Part shown: piece after piece, positions 40,089 through 49,159 of the stretch | Layout: each line of letters begins with the position of its first letter | Position numbering within the stretch: the first letter of the stretch is position 1 | Virus record (IMG/VR): IMGVR_UViG_3300032236_001613 | Span: 248,001 to 312,000 of that record | Reading direction: 5' to 3' (one strand) | Length of the DNA: 64,000 nt | Notes under the pieces: generated by a model | The model's input: the letters and a program-made list of their open reading frames with translations, nothing else | The model's database searches: none | Told to the model about the DNA's origin: nothing | Translations under genes and position numbers: made by a program

Positions 40089-42395
40089 TTAAGTACCTAA
40101 TCCAACAGTTGTAGCGACAGTATTAGTTGTTAGAGGGTCACCTGCACTATTAGTAAGAGTTGTTTGTGGTCCTGTAGTAGTTGATTTATTCTGTAACTGC
40201 ATTAAGAAACATTGATAAAATCCTAATTTTGTATTGTATATATCAGGAGTACAATATCCCACTGCTCTAACAGCAGCATTAAAATATGCAGGATCTTCTT
40301 GATCTAAAGATACTCTATCTAACAAATAAGCAACAGCAATAGCAGCACCTATATTAACGTCAAGAGCTAATAAAGGATTATCTACTAGATCTGTTTCATT
40401 TTTTAGAATACCTTTTTGGAAAAGTATTTTACTATATCTTGTATAGTTACTTCTTCCAGTTAATTGTATATAACCCCTATCAACAAAAGAATTACCGTCA
40501 CCAGGTTGAGTATTTCCTAAAATTTTTGATTTATTACCAGGAGCACCTGCTGGAGGAGGATCGTATATAAAAGGTACTAGTGCCGATGAATTATAAGCAT
40601 ATTGGTTGGCTAACTCTTGATCTCCTCTAAAAATACTAGGGAATACTTGAAGTAGTCGATCCGCAGAGTAATTATAACTGGCTTGTAAAGGTCTCCAAAG
40701 GCTTTCGCCGCCACAAACACCTAATAAACTTGCTAACGCTTGCTTTCCTGTTAATCCTAATGTAGCTGCTGCCGATTTAAGAGCATTGATTCCGTTTTGA
40801 CTTACAGGATCCGCAATCTTGCTAGCAAATTTCGGGTCGCAAGTACCTTCAACAACAGCAGGATAGTTAGTAGAAGCGAATCCAGATAATTCAATGTTTG
40901 ATGGGATTCCACTAGACGATCTTGACTGTTGCGTTACATCGGTATTTGATGGTGTAAATGTATCAGGACTAATACTTTCGTGCTGATCCCAGGGTTCGTG
41001 TGTTGGTGCTCTTTGCATAATAGAGGTTAAGGGAGCAGCCTTATAAAATTTACCGTTTGCCCAACCAGATGCAACTTGTCTATTTGGTAAAGAATAAAGA
41101 GGTAATTGCGTAGGAATCAATGCCGAATCTGCTTTTTGCGCTGGAGTAGCATTTTGATTTATTTGTATAGCAGTTGCATAATAGTTTGCCGATGCATAAT
41201 TATGAATATTGGCGCCGGCTGTTTGTTTAATATCACCTGTTTTAGTTTTTAAATGCATATTATTATCAACTGTTATTTTTAAGTCGCCGCCAACTGACTC
41301 ATCCTTGTTATTTTTAATTGAAATTTTTGCATAATCATCGACCAATAAATTATAAAATCCTGCAACATTAGTTTCCATATTCCCAACAGCACGAACGTTA
41401 AAATTTCTACCTGCTTCGAGATTTATATCTCTCTCAGCTTTAAAATTAAAATCGTTTTCCGTATGAATGCTTACGCTATCATGCGCATAGATATCAATTT
41501 TTCCATTACTAGTAAGCTCAATCCATGCAGTTCCTTTACTGTTTGCAATATATATTAGATCGTTTGTATTATGCATCAGTATTTGATGCCCTGTACGTGT
41601 TCTAATTCTTACTAATTCGTTCTGTCCGTTTTCGTCGCCGTCGTCCATAACAAATTGAGAACCGCCTAATCTAGTAACAGGCACAGAAACTTTCTGCTCA
41701 TTATTACCTACTGTACCTTTCCTGCCTTTAGGATCAAGCGGGCCTGGTGTACTAATTCCAAAGATTTTGCTAGGAATTTCTCTTCTAGCCGAGCTAGATG
41801 TTACACCTCTTATTAAATCTTTTAATAGACCTTGCTCTAACAACCTATCGGCAAAAGGATGTACAGGTCTTTGTTGTGAGGATGGAACAATATTATCGTG
41901 TGCAACAGTTCTAGAAAATTCTGCAACAGGCAAATAGTTTACATCACCATACTTTGCACGTTGTTCTTGATTTAAATAAACTTTATCGCTAGCTGCTATT
42001 CCTGGGATCATATGGTTTTGATATGTCTCAGGAACACACCCTATCCAATATCCTTGTTTAATATCGCCTTCGACAAAGATTACTAATACCTTGGTTCCAA
42101 TTTCGGGAGTAACCATCCACATACCATGGCTTTTTTGTACATCTTCAAATTTTCTAGGATCGCCGCCGTTATAAGAAGCATCTGATACACCATAAAAAGG
42201 ATTTAAATATCTTGCATGAATCGCATTAGATGGTAGATCAGAATTACTTGTTCCATCTTTTTTAATTAATGTAACGTGCAATCCTCCCATATATGTAGTA
42301 TCATTGTTGTTAACAACTTTAGCAAGATAAGGGCCATTCGATAGAGGAATATTTGTACTGTCTAATGGGTCTCCGTTTCTTTGTGTAATTGGCAT
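40089..42395 (-). CDS. Baseplate hub spike (gp5/VgrG-like) with C-terminal GH19 lysozyme-like domain
   Basis: OB-fold PEIGTKVLVIFVEGD, RTRTGHQ, beta-helix repeats, then GES...NYS...GNTQPGDG...RGYIQLTGRSNY. Confidence 0.85.
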   Translation of the reverse strand: MPITQRNGDPLDSTNIPLSNGPYLAKVVNNNDTTYMGGLHVTLIKKDGTSNSDLPSNAIHARYLNPFYGVSDASYNGGDPRKFEDVQKSHGMWMVTPEIGTKVLVIFVEGDIKQGYWIGCVPETYQNHMIPGIAASDKVYLNQEQRAKYGDVNYLPVAEFSRTVAHDNIVPSSQQRPVHPFADRLLEQGLLKDLIRGVTSSSARREIPSKIFGISTPGPLDPKGRKGTVGNNEQKVSVPVTRLGGSQFVMDDGDENGQNELVRIRTRTGHQILMHNTNDLIYIANSKGTAWIELTSNGKIDIYAHDSVSIHTENDFNFKAERDINLEAGRNFNVRAVGNMETNVAGFYNLLVDDYAKISIKNNKDESVGGDLKITVDNNMHLKTKTGDIKQTAGANIHNYASANYYATAIQINQNATPAQKADSALIPTQLPLYSLPNRQVASGWANGKFYKAAPLTSIMQRAPTHEPWDQHESISPDTFTPSNTDVTQQSRSSSGIPSNIELSGFASTNYPAVVEGTCDPKFASKIADPVSQNGINALKSAAATLGLTGKQALASLLGVCGGESLWRPLQASYNYSADRLLQVFPSIFRGDQELANQYAYNSSALVPFIYDPPPAGAPGNKSKILGNTQPGDGNSFVDRGYIQLTGRSNYTRYSKILFQKGILKNETDLVDNPLLALDVNIGAAIAVAYLLDRVSLDQEDPAYFNAAVRAVGYCTPDIYNTKLGFYQCFLMQLQNKSTTTGPQTTLTNSAGDPLTTNTVATTVGLGT

Positions 42396-42398
42396 AGT

Positions 42399-45300
42399 TT
42401 AATAGTTTTGAGTAGCTTTAATTAATGCTGTTAGTATAGCCGAGCTACCTCCTTTACTTCCGTATTTACTAACCGCCGATTTCGAAAGGTCGCCGGTATT
42501 GGGCACATCTTTACCAGTAAGATTAGAGACATTATTAATTTCTGTTTCTCTACTTACTGTTGTATTTGTTATACGTCTTAACCCTGCTTGTATAGTAGAT
42601 AATTTATCAGCTACTACTTGAGGTTTAGCTCCTACACTTGAAATATTCGATAATTTAACATTAGATAATATTTGATCTAAATTAGAAATATCCGATACTC
42701 CAGATATATTATTTAGATTGCCTCCTCTATTAACAATATATCTTAAATCGCTAGAATTAATCCTTGGTTCTGGAGCAATAGCTTTAGGTTGTGTCGGAGG
42801 AATATTACCTAATCCATCAATAGGTAGATTATTAATATTCAACCCATTTTGTATTTCAGCATTAATATCAACATTGCTAGGTATTTTATTAGCAGCATCT
42901 GTAATAGTCTTTAAAATTCTTGACTTTAGATTCGGGCTAAGTCCTGATATTACACTTGAATTAATTCCTAACTGTCCTTCAAGTGCAGCAAAATTTCCAT
43001 TAAGATTATTAACATTTGAACTTACATTTGAAACTAAGCCAGCAGCTTGAGAAGAAAGATTTGTAACTTTAGCTATCTGGCTCGAACCTAAACTATTAAC
43101 TAAATTATTATTATTTGCTAATAATGTCTTAGATAAATTCGCTGGTGTAACTTTTGATAGCCCTAAAGATTGTGCAGTATTGCTTATTTCATTTACAGAA
43201 CCGCCGACTTGATTTACATTGTTTGATAATGCAGATAATCCTGCATTTGCTAGTCTTATAGAACTACCAACATTTGAAAGTCCTGCCGACGGTAACCCAC
43301 TTACTCTATTAACTAACGAACCTACATTGTTTGAGGCACCGGATTTTAAAGAATTTATAATGCTAGCAACTGTTAGCCCGGCTGCTGCTGCTCCGGCCAA
43401 GCTGTTTATTCCTCCAGGAACTAAATTTGATAAAGCACCAGGCAATCCTTTTACTGAATTTGATGTTTTCAAAAGCTTTTGTGTAGTGCTAGCTAAGGTA
43501 TTATCTGTTGCTCGCATCGATGACACTTCGGCAGGCGGGGCCGGAGAAGGAGTTCTTTCCGCTACAGGTGATGTACCAACTGTTTCTGGAGTGGAAGGAG
43601 TGGAACTAGTGTCTTCGAGTTGACCTGGGATTCTCACAAGTTGCAAAATTTGCTTGAAAACTCCGTCATTAAATGTGCTGTTTACTTGAATAACTCTAAA
43701 CACTCCGCTGTAAGATGCTACTTTAGTATTTGTTTTACCCAGTGTTTCGTAATAAACAAATCCAGTCTTTTCATTAATATCAGTAGGAGTATTGAACCTA
43801 ATCACAATATTAGTGTCTTGGTAAGTGTACGGAACTTCTCCGTTGCTAATCATTCCTGTTGTTTGATCAAATGTTAATCTTTGATTACCGATAGAATCGG
43901 TAAGAAGATAACACGGATCACCTATAATTTCTAATTCTCCTGTAGCAAGATCAACATTTTCTAAAATTCCTTGATGCATACTTTTTGCTAAGTCGTAAAA
44001 GGGATCAATTTGTCCTTCCACTGCACCAATATTAGTTGTAGATCTGTCAGCTAATGTAGAGATTGATGCTTTTCCATGTATATCTTTTTGAACTTCTTTT
44101 TTTGTTACCTTTGGTAATTTTACATCTGGAGTTGTTTGCCCTTCGACACTATCCATAGGAACAGTTACATTAGGTTTATTTCCTAGATTAGACGGCACAG
44201 CTTGATAGTAAAGTGTGTTAAACTTTAATCTAAACTTTTCAATATCAACATTCTGTCCTGTATAAAGGTAATTGTAGCTTCTCTGCGCATATGCTGCTGC
44301 TACCGTAGTATCAATGGCCACAGAAGATAATGGTTGAATTCTAGAATAGTGTATCTTATAAGGTTGCACAATATATCGATAATTTCTAAAAGGCTTACGA
44401 AGATATTCGTTATAATCTTCTCGATCTTCAACTTCAACTAAAACAATAAAATAATCTATATATCCTAACTTATCAGGAGTAGGATTATGTAATATTCTTC
44501 TTACATAGGAACTATCTCTTATAATTGATGCAATAATTTCTGTAATATCACAACCTTTACCAAACTGTGCAGCAATTGATCTAGGGGTTGGGTCGTATAT
44601 CTTTTGTCCTTTTTCGTTAACACCTAAATAAGTTAAATGAAGCTTAGACGGCGACTCAGTTATAAACTTTAGTTTATCTTCTTCCGAAACAAAATCAAAA
44701 TGTTGTTGTTGTGTTAAAAAATTTACAGTCGATGCGTCGCTAATTAAATTATTATCATCATTTCTTATTATAATCTCATAGTGATCTGATTTAACATTGG
44801 AATCTTTGGTAATAAGTTCCATTTCATCTTGTTTTTGTTGGTTGATACGTATCGCTAAACTACCTAATAAATCTTTAACAGTGTTACCTGTACACAATAC
44901 ATTATCTAATAACTTTCCAGAGTTATTACTAAATCCTAACTCGTTAGTTGGAACTCCGGCACAGCGATATCTTGTGCCTGTTTCGTTAATATCAATTTCA
45001 ACTTGAGTAAATCTAAAGACGAAATATCTAGAGAACGGAATATTTTCAATTTTATTATTATCGTCCCTATATCCGATAAACTCTAACTTTAATAGGAAAG
45101 GACAATTTAAATAGCTGTCATGATCTGCAGAAACTGCTGCCACATGCAATGCTTCGATAAATCCTGTCATACTGTAAGGCTCAAATAAATCAAATTCTAT
45201 TTGAGTAGCAATTGACATATTTGTTGACAAACTTCCGCCACAAACTGTGTTAATTCTTACATTATTGATAAAAAAATCAAATCTTCCTGGGCTATTTTTA

Positions 45301-45686
45301 TTGAATCCTTGCACTAGGTCGTCATATTCAGGACTTGCAGTTGGTGTACTTGCATCTGCAGTTTTGCCGCCTGACTTAGCAATAACGAAAATATTTTTAT
45401 CATTTTTATAATCAAACGTGCTATCGTAAAGCGCCTTCTTAGGCAACGATGCTAAAGTAAATTTGTAATTATACGAGGTATAATTATTTAAAATGTTTGT
45501 CTTTTTACTTTCTGTGACTATACCTTTAGTTTTATCCCTAGTAATATAATCTTTAGCATATGGTGATACTGCCATATTTTCTGCGATACTAGATTGTCTA
45601 ACAATTGTACCTCTTCGAGGACCTGTAGGTGTAAGTTTATCTTTTACACCGGACCACTTGTCTGGAGGCAAATAACCAACTGCCAT
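42399..45686 (-). CDS. Baseplate hub-like protein (gp27-like) with low-complexity C-terminal extension
   Basis: Position next to gp5; LEIIGDP and YSGVFRVIQVNSTFNDGVFKQ.L hub-type motif. Confidence 0.6.
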   Translation of the reverse strand: MAVGYLPPDKWSGVKDKLTPTGPRRGTIVRQSSIAENMAVSPYAKDYITRDKTKGIVTESKKTNILNNYTSYNYKFTLASLPKKALYDSTFDYKNDKNIFVIAKSGGKTADASTPTASPEYDDLVQGFNKNSPGRFDFFINNVRINTVCGGSLSTNMSIATQIEFDLFEPYSMTGFIEALHVAAVSADHDSYLNCPFLLKLEFIGYRDDNNKIENIPFSRYFVFRFTQVEIDINETGTRYRCAGVPTNELGFSNNSGKLLDNVLCTGNTVKDLLGSLAIRINQQKQDEMELITKDSNVKSDHYEIIIRNDDNNLISDASTVNFLTQQQHFDFVSEEDKLKFITESPSKLHLTYLGVNEKGQKIYDPTPRSIAAQFGKGCDITEIIASIIRDSSYVRRILHNPTPDKLGYIDYFIVLVEVEDREDYNEYLRKPFRNYRYIVQPYKIHYSRIQPLSSVAIDTTVAAAYAQRSYNYLYTGQNVDIEKFRLKFNTLYYQAVPSNLGNKPNVTVPMDSVEGQTTPDVKLPKVTKKEVQKDIHGKASISTLADRSTTNIGAVEGQIDPFYDLAKSMHQGILENVDLATGELEIIGDPCYLLTDSIGNQRLTFDQTTGMISNGEVPYTYQDTNIVIRFNTPTDINEKTGFVYYETLGKTNTKVASYSGVFRVIQVNSTFNDGVFKQILQLVRIPGQLEDTSSTPSTPETVGTSPVAERTPSPAPPAEVSSMRATDNTLASTTQKLLKTSNSVKGLPGALSNLVPGGINSLAGAAAAGLTVASIINSLKSGASNNVGSLVNRVSGLPSAGLSNVGSSIRLANAGLSALSNNVNQVGGSVNEISNTAQSLGLSKVTPANLSKTLLANNNNLVNSLGSSQIAKVTNLSSQAAGLVSNVSSNVNNLNGNFAALEGQLGINSSVISGLSPNLKSRILKTITDAANKIPSNVDINAEIQNGLNINNLPIDGLGNIPPTQPKAIAPEPRINSSDLRYIVNRGGNLNNISGVSDISNLDQILSNVKLSNISSVGAKPQVVADKLSTIQAGLRRITNTTVSRETEINNVSNLTGKDVPNTGDLSKSAVSKYGSKGGSSAILTALIKATQNY

Positions 45687-45687
45687 A

Positions 45688-45990
45688 TTATAGTCCTAAT
45701 ACCGAATTTAAAGTAGTCATTTGAGGAAGATAAATTGTTTGTCCTGCATATAAGTCATATATAGGATCTTTGATTACGTCCTTATTTCTCACAGAAAATA
45801 CCCACCATAAATTTACATCACCATATAAATCATATGCTAATAAATCTGGTCTATATTCGTATTGAGTAGTTACGGTGTATTGTACATCATCGGCAACCAC
45901 AGGTATATTTCTAAACGTTGCTACGTCTAAATAAAAACTACTAATATTAGTTTTATAATAAGGACTTGAATTAGAGTACATTGCTGACAT
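45688..45990 (-). CDS. Baseplate wedge protein (gp53-like, LysM-type)
   Basis: YRPDLLAYDLYGDVNLWWVF..RN...DP. Confidence 0.85.
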   Translation of the reverse strand: MSAMYSNSSPYYKTNISSFYLDVATFRNIPVVADDVQYTVTTQYEYRPDLLAYDLYGDVNLWWVFSVRNKDVIKDPIYDLYAGQTIYLPQMTTLNSVLGL

Positions 45991-47072
45991 TATAGATATC
46001 CCTCAGATCTCTTGCCACCAGAATTCTCATTTAACCATCCATTAACAGTACCATTTAATAGTTGTTGTCTGCTGAATAGCGGTATTAACGTTAATTTGAT
46101 TGTAGTAATAACCGGCACAGAAGTGATTCCAACCGAGGTAAAACTTTTATATATAGCATTACTTGGATCAACTGTGTAATAGTCAACGTTGTCAGGAAAT
46201 TCTACAGAAAAGTTTTTAACAACTACCGGAGTATTGTTAAACATATAGTCGCCATGTGCAAATAATCTACAAACCGGCGGTGGTGCACCGGCATTATCAT
46301 CACTTCCAAATTTCATCTTAACTAAACTACGCCCTAAATGTATTGTTGAAATTACATATGCAGCATCTTGTTCATTTTGTACAACAAATTTACCAGTAAT
46401 GCTAATCTCACTCACTGCACTATTTTTATAAAAATATTGAGTATAATTTGAATGCATTGCATTTAATGACGAATAATTTGCAGTGTGCTCTATGGTTATT
46501 TGAGGTGTAAAAGGAAATAATATTCCTTCAAGACTACTTAAATTCTTTGCAGGTCCGAAATTATTAACATATTCTGTTGGAACTTTTAATCTAACTCTTT
46601 GAGTATCATCACCTTTAAATTTTGGTTGTGCAGCAGTAGGCCTTGACATGGCGGGATTAGCTGAGGGTTTTTTCTTTTTAGATAGCTTATCTAAAGCAGA
46701 ACCTAGACTACCGACTAATCCGCCGATTGCTGCACCTTTTTTTCCACCAATAAGTGCACCAAGTACGATACCACCAGTTAAATTTCTTGATGCTCTAGTT
46801 AGATCAGATTGACTTGCATTTGTTGTGTTGTCTAAAACAGGTTGATCAACTGTAGTTTGAGTACCGTCGGCATTTGTTGTTGTAGTAGTACCATCGGCAT
46901 TTTGCTGTGCTGATCCACCGGTCGGTGCCGGAACTGGATCTGGAAAATTATTACCCGATATTAATACACTAACAGGAACGTCTTGTTGCGCTGCTGATTC
47001 GCGGAGTTGACGAGCGACATCAGCCTTCTGATCTGGAGTTAAAGTTTTAATATATTCAAGAAATGTCGCCAT
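45990..47072 (-). CDS. Tail tube initiator / baseplate protein (gp48/gp54-like)
   Basis: FPFTPQI, GAPPPVCRL, PVVVKNFSVEFP tube-fold motifs. Confidence 0.65.
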   Translation of the reverse strand: MATFLEYIKTLTPDQKADVARQLRESAAQQDVPVSVLISGNNFPDPVPAPTGGSAQQNADGTTTTTNADGTQTTVDQPVLDNTTNASQSDLTRASRNLTGGIVLGALIGGKKGAAIGGLVGSLGSALDKLSKKKKPSANPAMSRPTAAQPKFKGDDTQRVRLKVPTEYVNNFGPAKNLSSLEGILFPFTPQITIEHTANYSSLNAMHSNYTQYFYKNSAVSEISITGKFVVQNEQDAAYVISTIHLGRSLVKMKFGSDDNAGAPPPVCRLFAHGDYMFNNTPVVVKNFSVEFPDNVDYYTVDPSNAIYKSFTSVGITSVPVITTIKLTLIPLFSRQQLLNGTVNGWLNENSGGKRSEGYL

Positions 47073-47129
47073 TAGTAAAAATCCTTTATCATGTGTATTT
47101 AACCAATAAATAATCTACCTACATAATGG

Positions 47130-47158
47130 TTGACCTACTGTTGTTTTTATGCTACAGT
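47130..47158 (+). promoter_or_regulatory. Sigma70-type promoter for the late sigma gene
   Basis: TTGACC, 17 bp spacer, TACAGT with extended TG; divergent late box TAAATA on the minus strand at 47096-47101. Confidence 0.6.
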
Positions 47159-47184
47159 AACGAAATTAGGAGATTCCGAGAAGA

Positions 47185-48102
47185 ATGACAATAACAATAA
47201 CACCCACCGGAAGAAAGGTAAAATATTTAAACAATAGAGACTTATTAGCAGAAATCCATAGAAGTAAATGTAGTTATTCTAGCTTTTCTAGCCCCGAATA
47301 TAATCAATACGACATCATATTAACTAGCCTCGATAAGATTAATATAAGAACAATAGCCGAAGCAAAACGTAATAGAGCTAAAAGATTAGGTCTTGAAGCA
47401 TTTAATTTAGCAAGGATTGGCGGAGATAAAAAGATTAAACTTACAGACTGCACTCCTGATTATAAAACCATTGCTAAAAATGATATTATTATTAGAATAA
47501 TGACTTTTGATCACATTCCACTTTCCCCAAATCGTAAAAAGACTGCTAAAACTACTGCAGATCGTCATGAGAAGGTAAATTTTCCTCCTTTTCAACACTG
47601 GAAGTTTAATGATAACGACGAATTAGAGTGCGTAGGTAAAAGTCATTGGAAAGGCACATTAGATAACGGCAAGTTTAGTAAAGATCACGGAAGAATTACA
47701 GAAAATCTAGGCAGAATGTATATCAAATTAAGCGAGAGATATGCACAACGTAGTAACTGGAGAGGTTATACTTACGTTGACGAAATGCGTGGCCAAGCAA
47801 TTCTGCAGTTAAGCCAAATTGGATTACAGTTTGACGAATCAAAAAGCGAAAACCCATTCGCATATTACACAGCAGCAGTAACTAATTCGTTTACTCGTGT
47901 ACTTAATCTAGAGAAAAAGAGCCAAAATATTAGAGACGATTTACTCGAAGTTAACGGACTGACCCCAAGCCTAACTCGTCAAACACGGGATGAATTTGCT
48001 GACGAAACTGCAAAGCAAGCAGAAATTTACAAAAATACTCGCATGCCAAAAAGTAACGAAAGCGATTTTGCTTCAGAGGACGACTCATCAGAAAACGATT
48101 GA
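47185..48102 (+). CDS. Late-transcription sigma factor (T4 gp55-like)
   Basis: YLNNRDLL, NWRGYTYVDEM, FDESKSENPFAYYT...F.R.L..EKK; adjacent to gp47/gp46 as in T4. Confidence 0.85.
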   Translation: MTITITPTGRKVKYLNNRDLLAEIHRSKCSYSSFSSPEYNQYDIILTSLDKINIRTIAEAKRNRAKRLGLEAFNLARIGGDKKIKLTDCTPDYKTIAKNDIIIRIMTFDHIPLSPNRKKTAKTTADRHEKVNFPPFQHWKFNDNDELECVGKSHWKGTLDNGKFSKDHGRITENLGRMYIKLSERYAQRSNWRGYTYVDEMRGQAILQLSQIGLQFDESKSENPFAYYTAAVTNSFTRVLNLEKKSQNIRDDLLEVNGLTPSLTRQTRDEFADETAKQAEIYKNTRMPKSNESDFASEDDSSEND

Positions 48103-48127
48103 TTTATTCTTTAAAGTTAGCTAAAAT
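48099..48127 (+). promoter_or_regulatory. Sigma70-type promoter for gp47/gp46
   Basis: TTGATT, 17 bp spacer, TAAAAT; AAGGAG RBS follows. Confidence 0.55.
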
Positions 48128-48145
48128 TACTCAAGGAGAATATTA

Positions 48146-49159
48146 ATGTCGTTGTTTAAGAAAGTTGCAGCTTTTACAGATCTGCATGTTGGCCTAAAAG
48201 GCAATAGTCTAACTCATCTACAAGACTGTGAAGAATTTGTAGACTGGTTTATTAAGCAAGCTAAAGATGCTGGTTGTGATACCGGCATCTTTCTAGGCGA
48301 CTGGCATCACCAGAGAAATTCCATTAATCTTGTTACTCTCGACACTAGTGTGCGTCTTTTGGAAAAACTTGGAAAAGCTTTTGACCAATTTATTTGGTTT
48401 CCTGGTAATCACGATTTATTTTTTAGAGATAAACGCGATGTGCACAGTTCATCTTTTGGACGACATATTCCTGGTGTTACAGTAGTAGACTCTGTAACCA
48501 CTATTAACGACGTTACTCTAGTTCCTTGGTTAGTTAAGGAAGAATGGAAGGCTATTTCGAAATCTAAAAGTAGATATATTTTTGGACATCTTGAGTTACC
48601 TACGTTCATGATGAATGCTATGGTTGCTGCTCCAGATCACGGATTATTGCAACCTAACCATTTTCAAAATCAAGAACTAGTTTTTAGTGGTCACTTTCAT
48701 AAAAGACAGAATAAAGGTAAAATTTGGTACATCGGCAACGCATTTCCGCATGACTTTGCAGATTCTTGGGATGATGAAAGAGGAATGATGATTATGGAAT
48801 GGGGAGGAACTCCTGAATTCCATTCATGGAAAGACGCTCCTAAGTATCGTTCCGTTAAACTTAGTCAATTAATTGAGGATAAAGATAATATTTTAAAATC
48901 TAAAATGTATCTTAAAGTTACAGCCGATGTAGAATTAAATTATGAAGAAGCTATTTTCTTAAAAGAAAGCTTTATGTCTGAAGAAACTGTGAGAGAATTT
49001 AGTATGATTAGAGATCGTGTTACATTAGACGGAGTTGAAGAAGCTCCAACAGAAGCTGCAATACAAAGTGTTGACCAAATCGTAACACAAGAATTACTTA
49101 ATATTTCAAGCGAACAGTTTAGTTCTGCAACATTATTGGATATATGGCAACGTCTATGA
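48146..49159 (+). CDS. Recombination endonuclease subunit (gp47, Mre11/SbcD-like)
   Basis: TDLHVG, FLGDWHH, PGNHD, GHLE, SGHFH phosphoesterase motifs. Confidence 0.93.
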   Translation: MSLFKKVAAFTDLHVGLKGNSLTHLQDCEEFVDWFIKQAKDAGCDTGIFLGDWHHQRNSINLVTLDTSVRLLEKLGKAFDQFIWFPGNHDLFFRDKRDVHSSSFGRHIPGVTVVDSVTTINDVTLVPWLVKEEWKAISKSKSRYIFGHLELPTFMMNAMVAAPDHGLLQPNHFQNQELVFSGHFHKRQNKGKIWYIGNAFPHDFADSWDDERGMMIMEWGGTPEFHSWKDAPKYRSVKLSQLIEDKDNILKSKMYLKVTADVELNYEEAIFLKESFMSEETVREFSMIRDRVTLDGVEEAPTEAAIQSVDQIVTQELLNISSEQFSSATLLDIWQRL

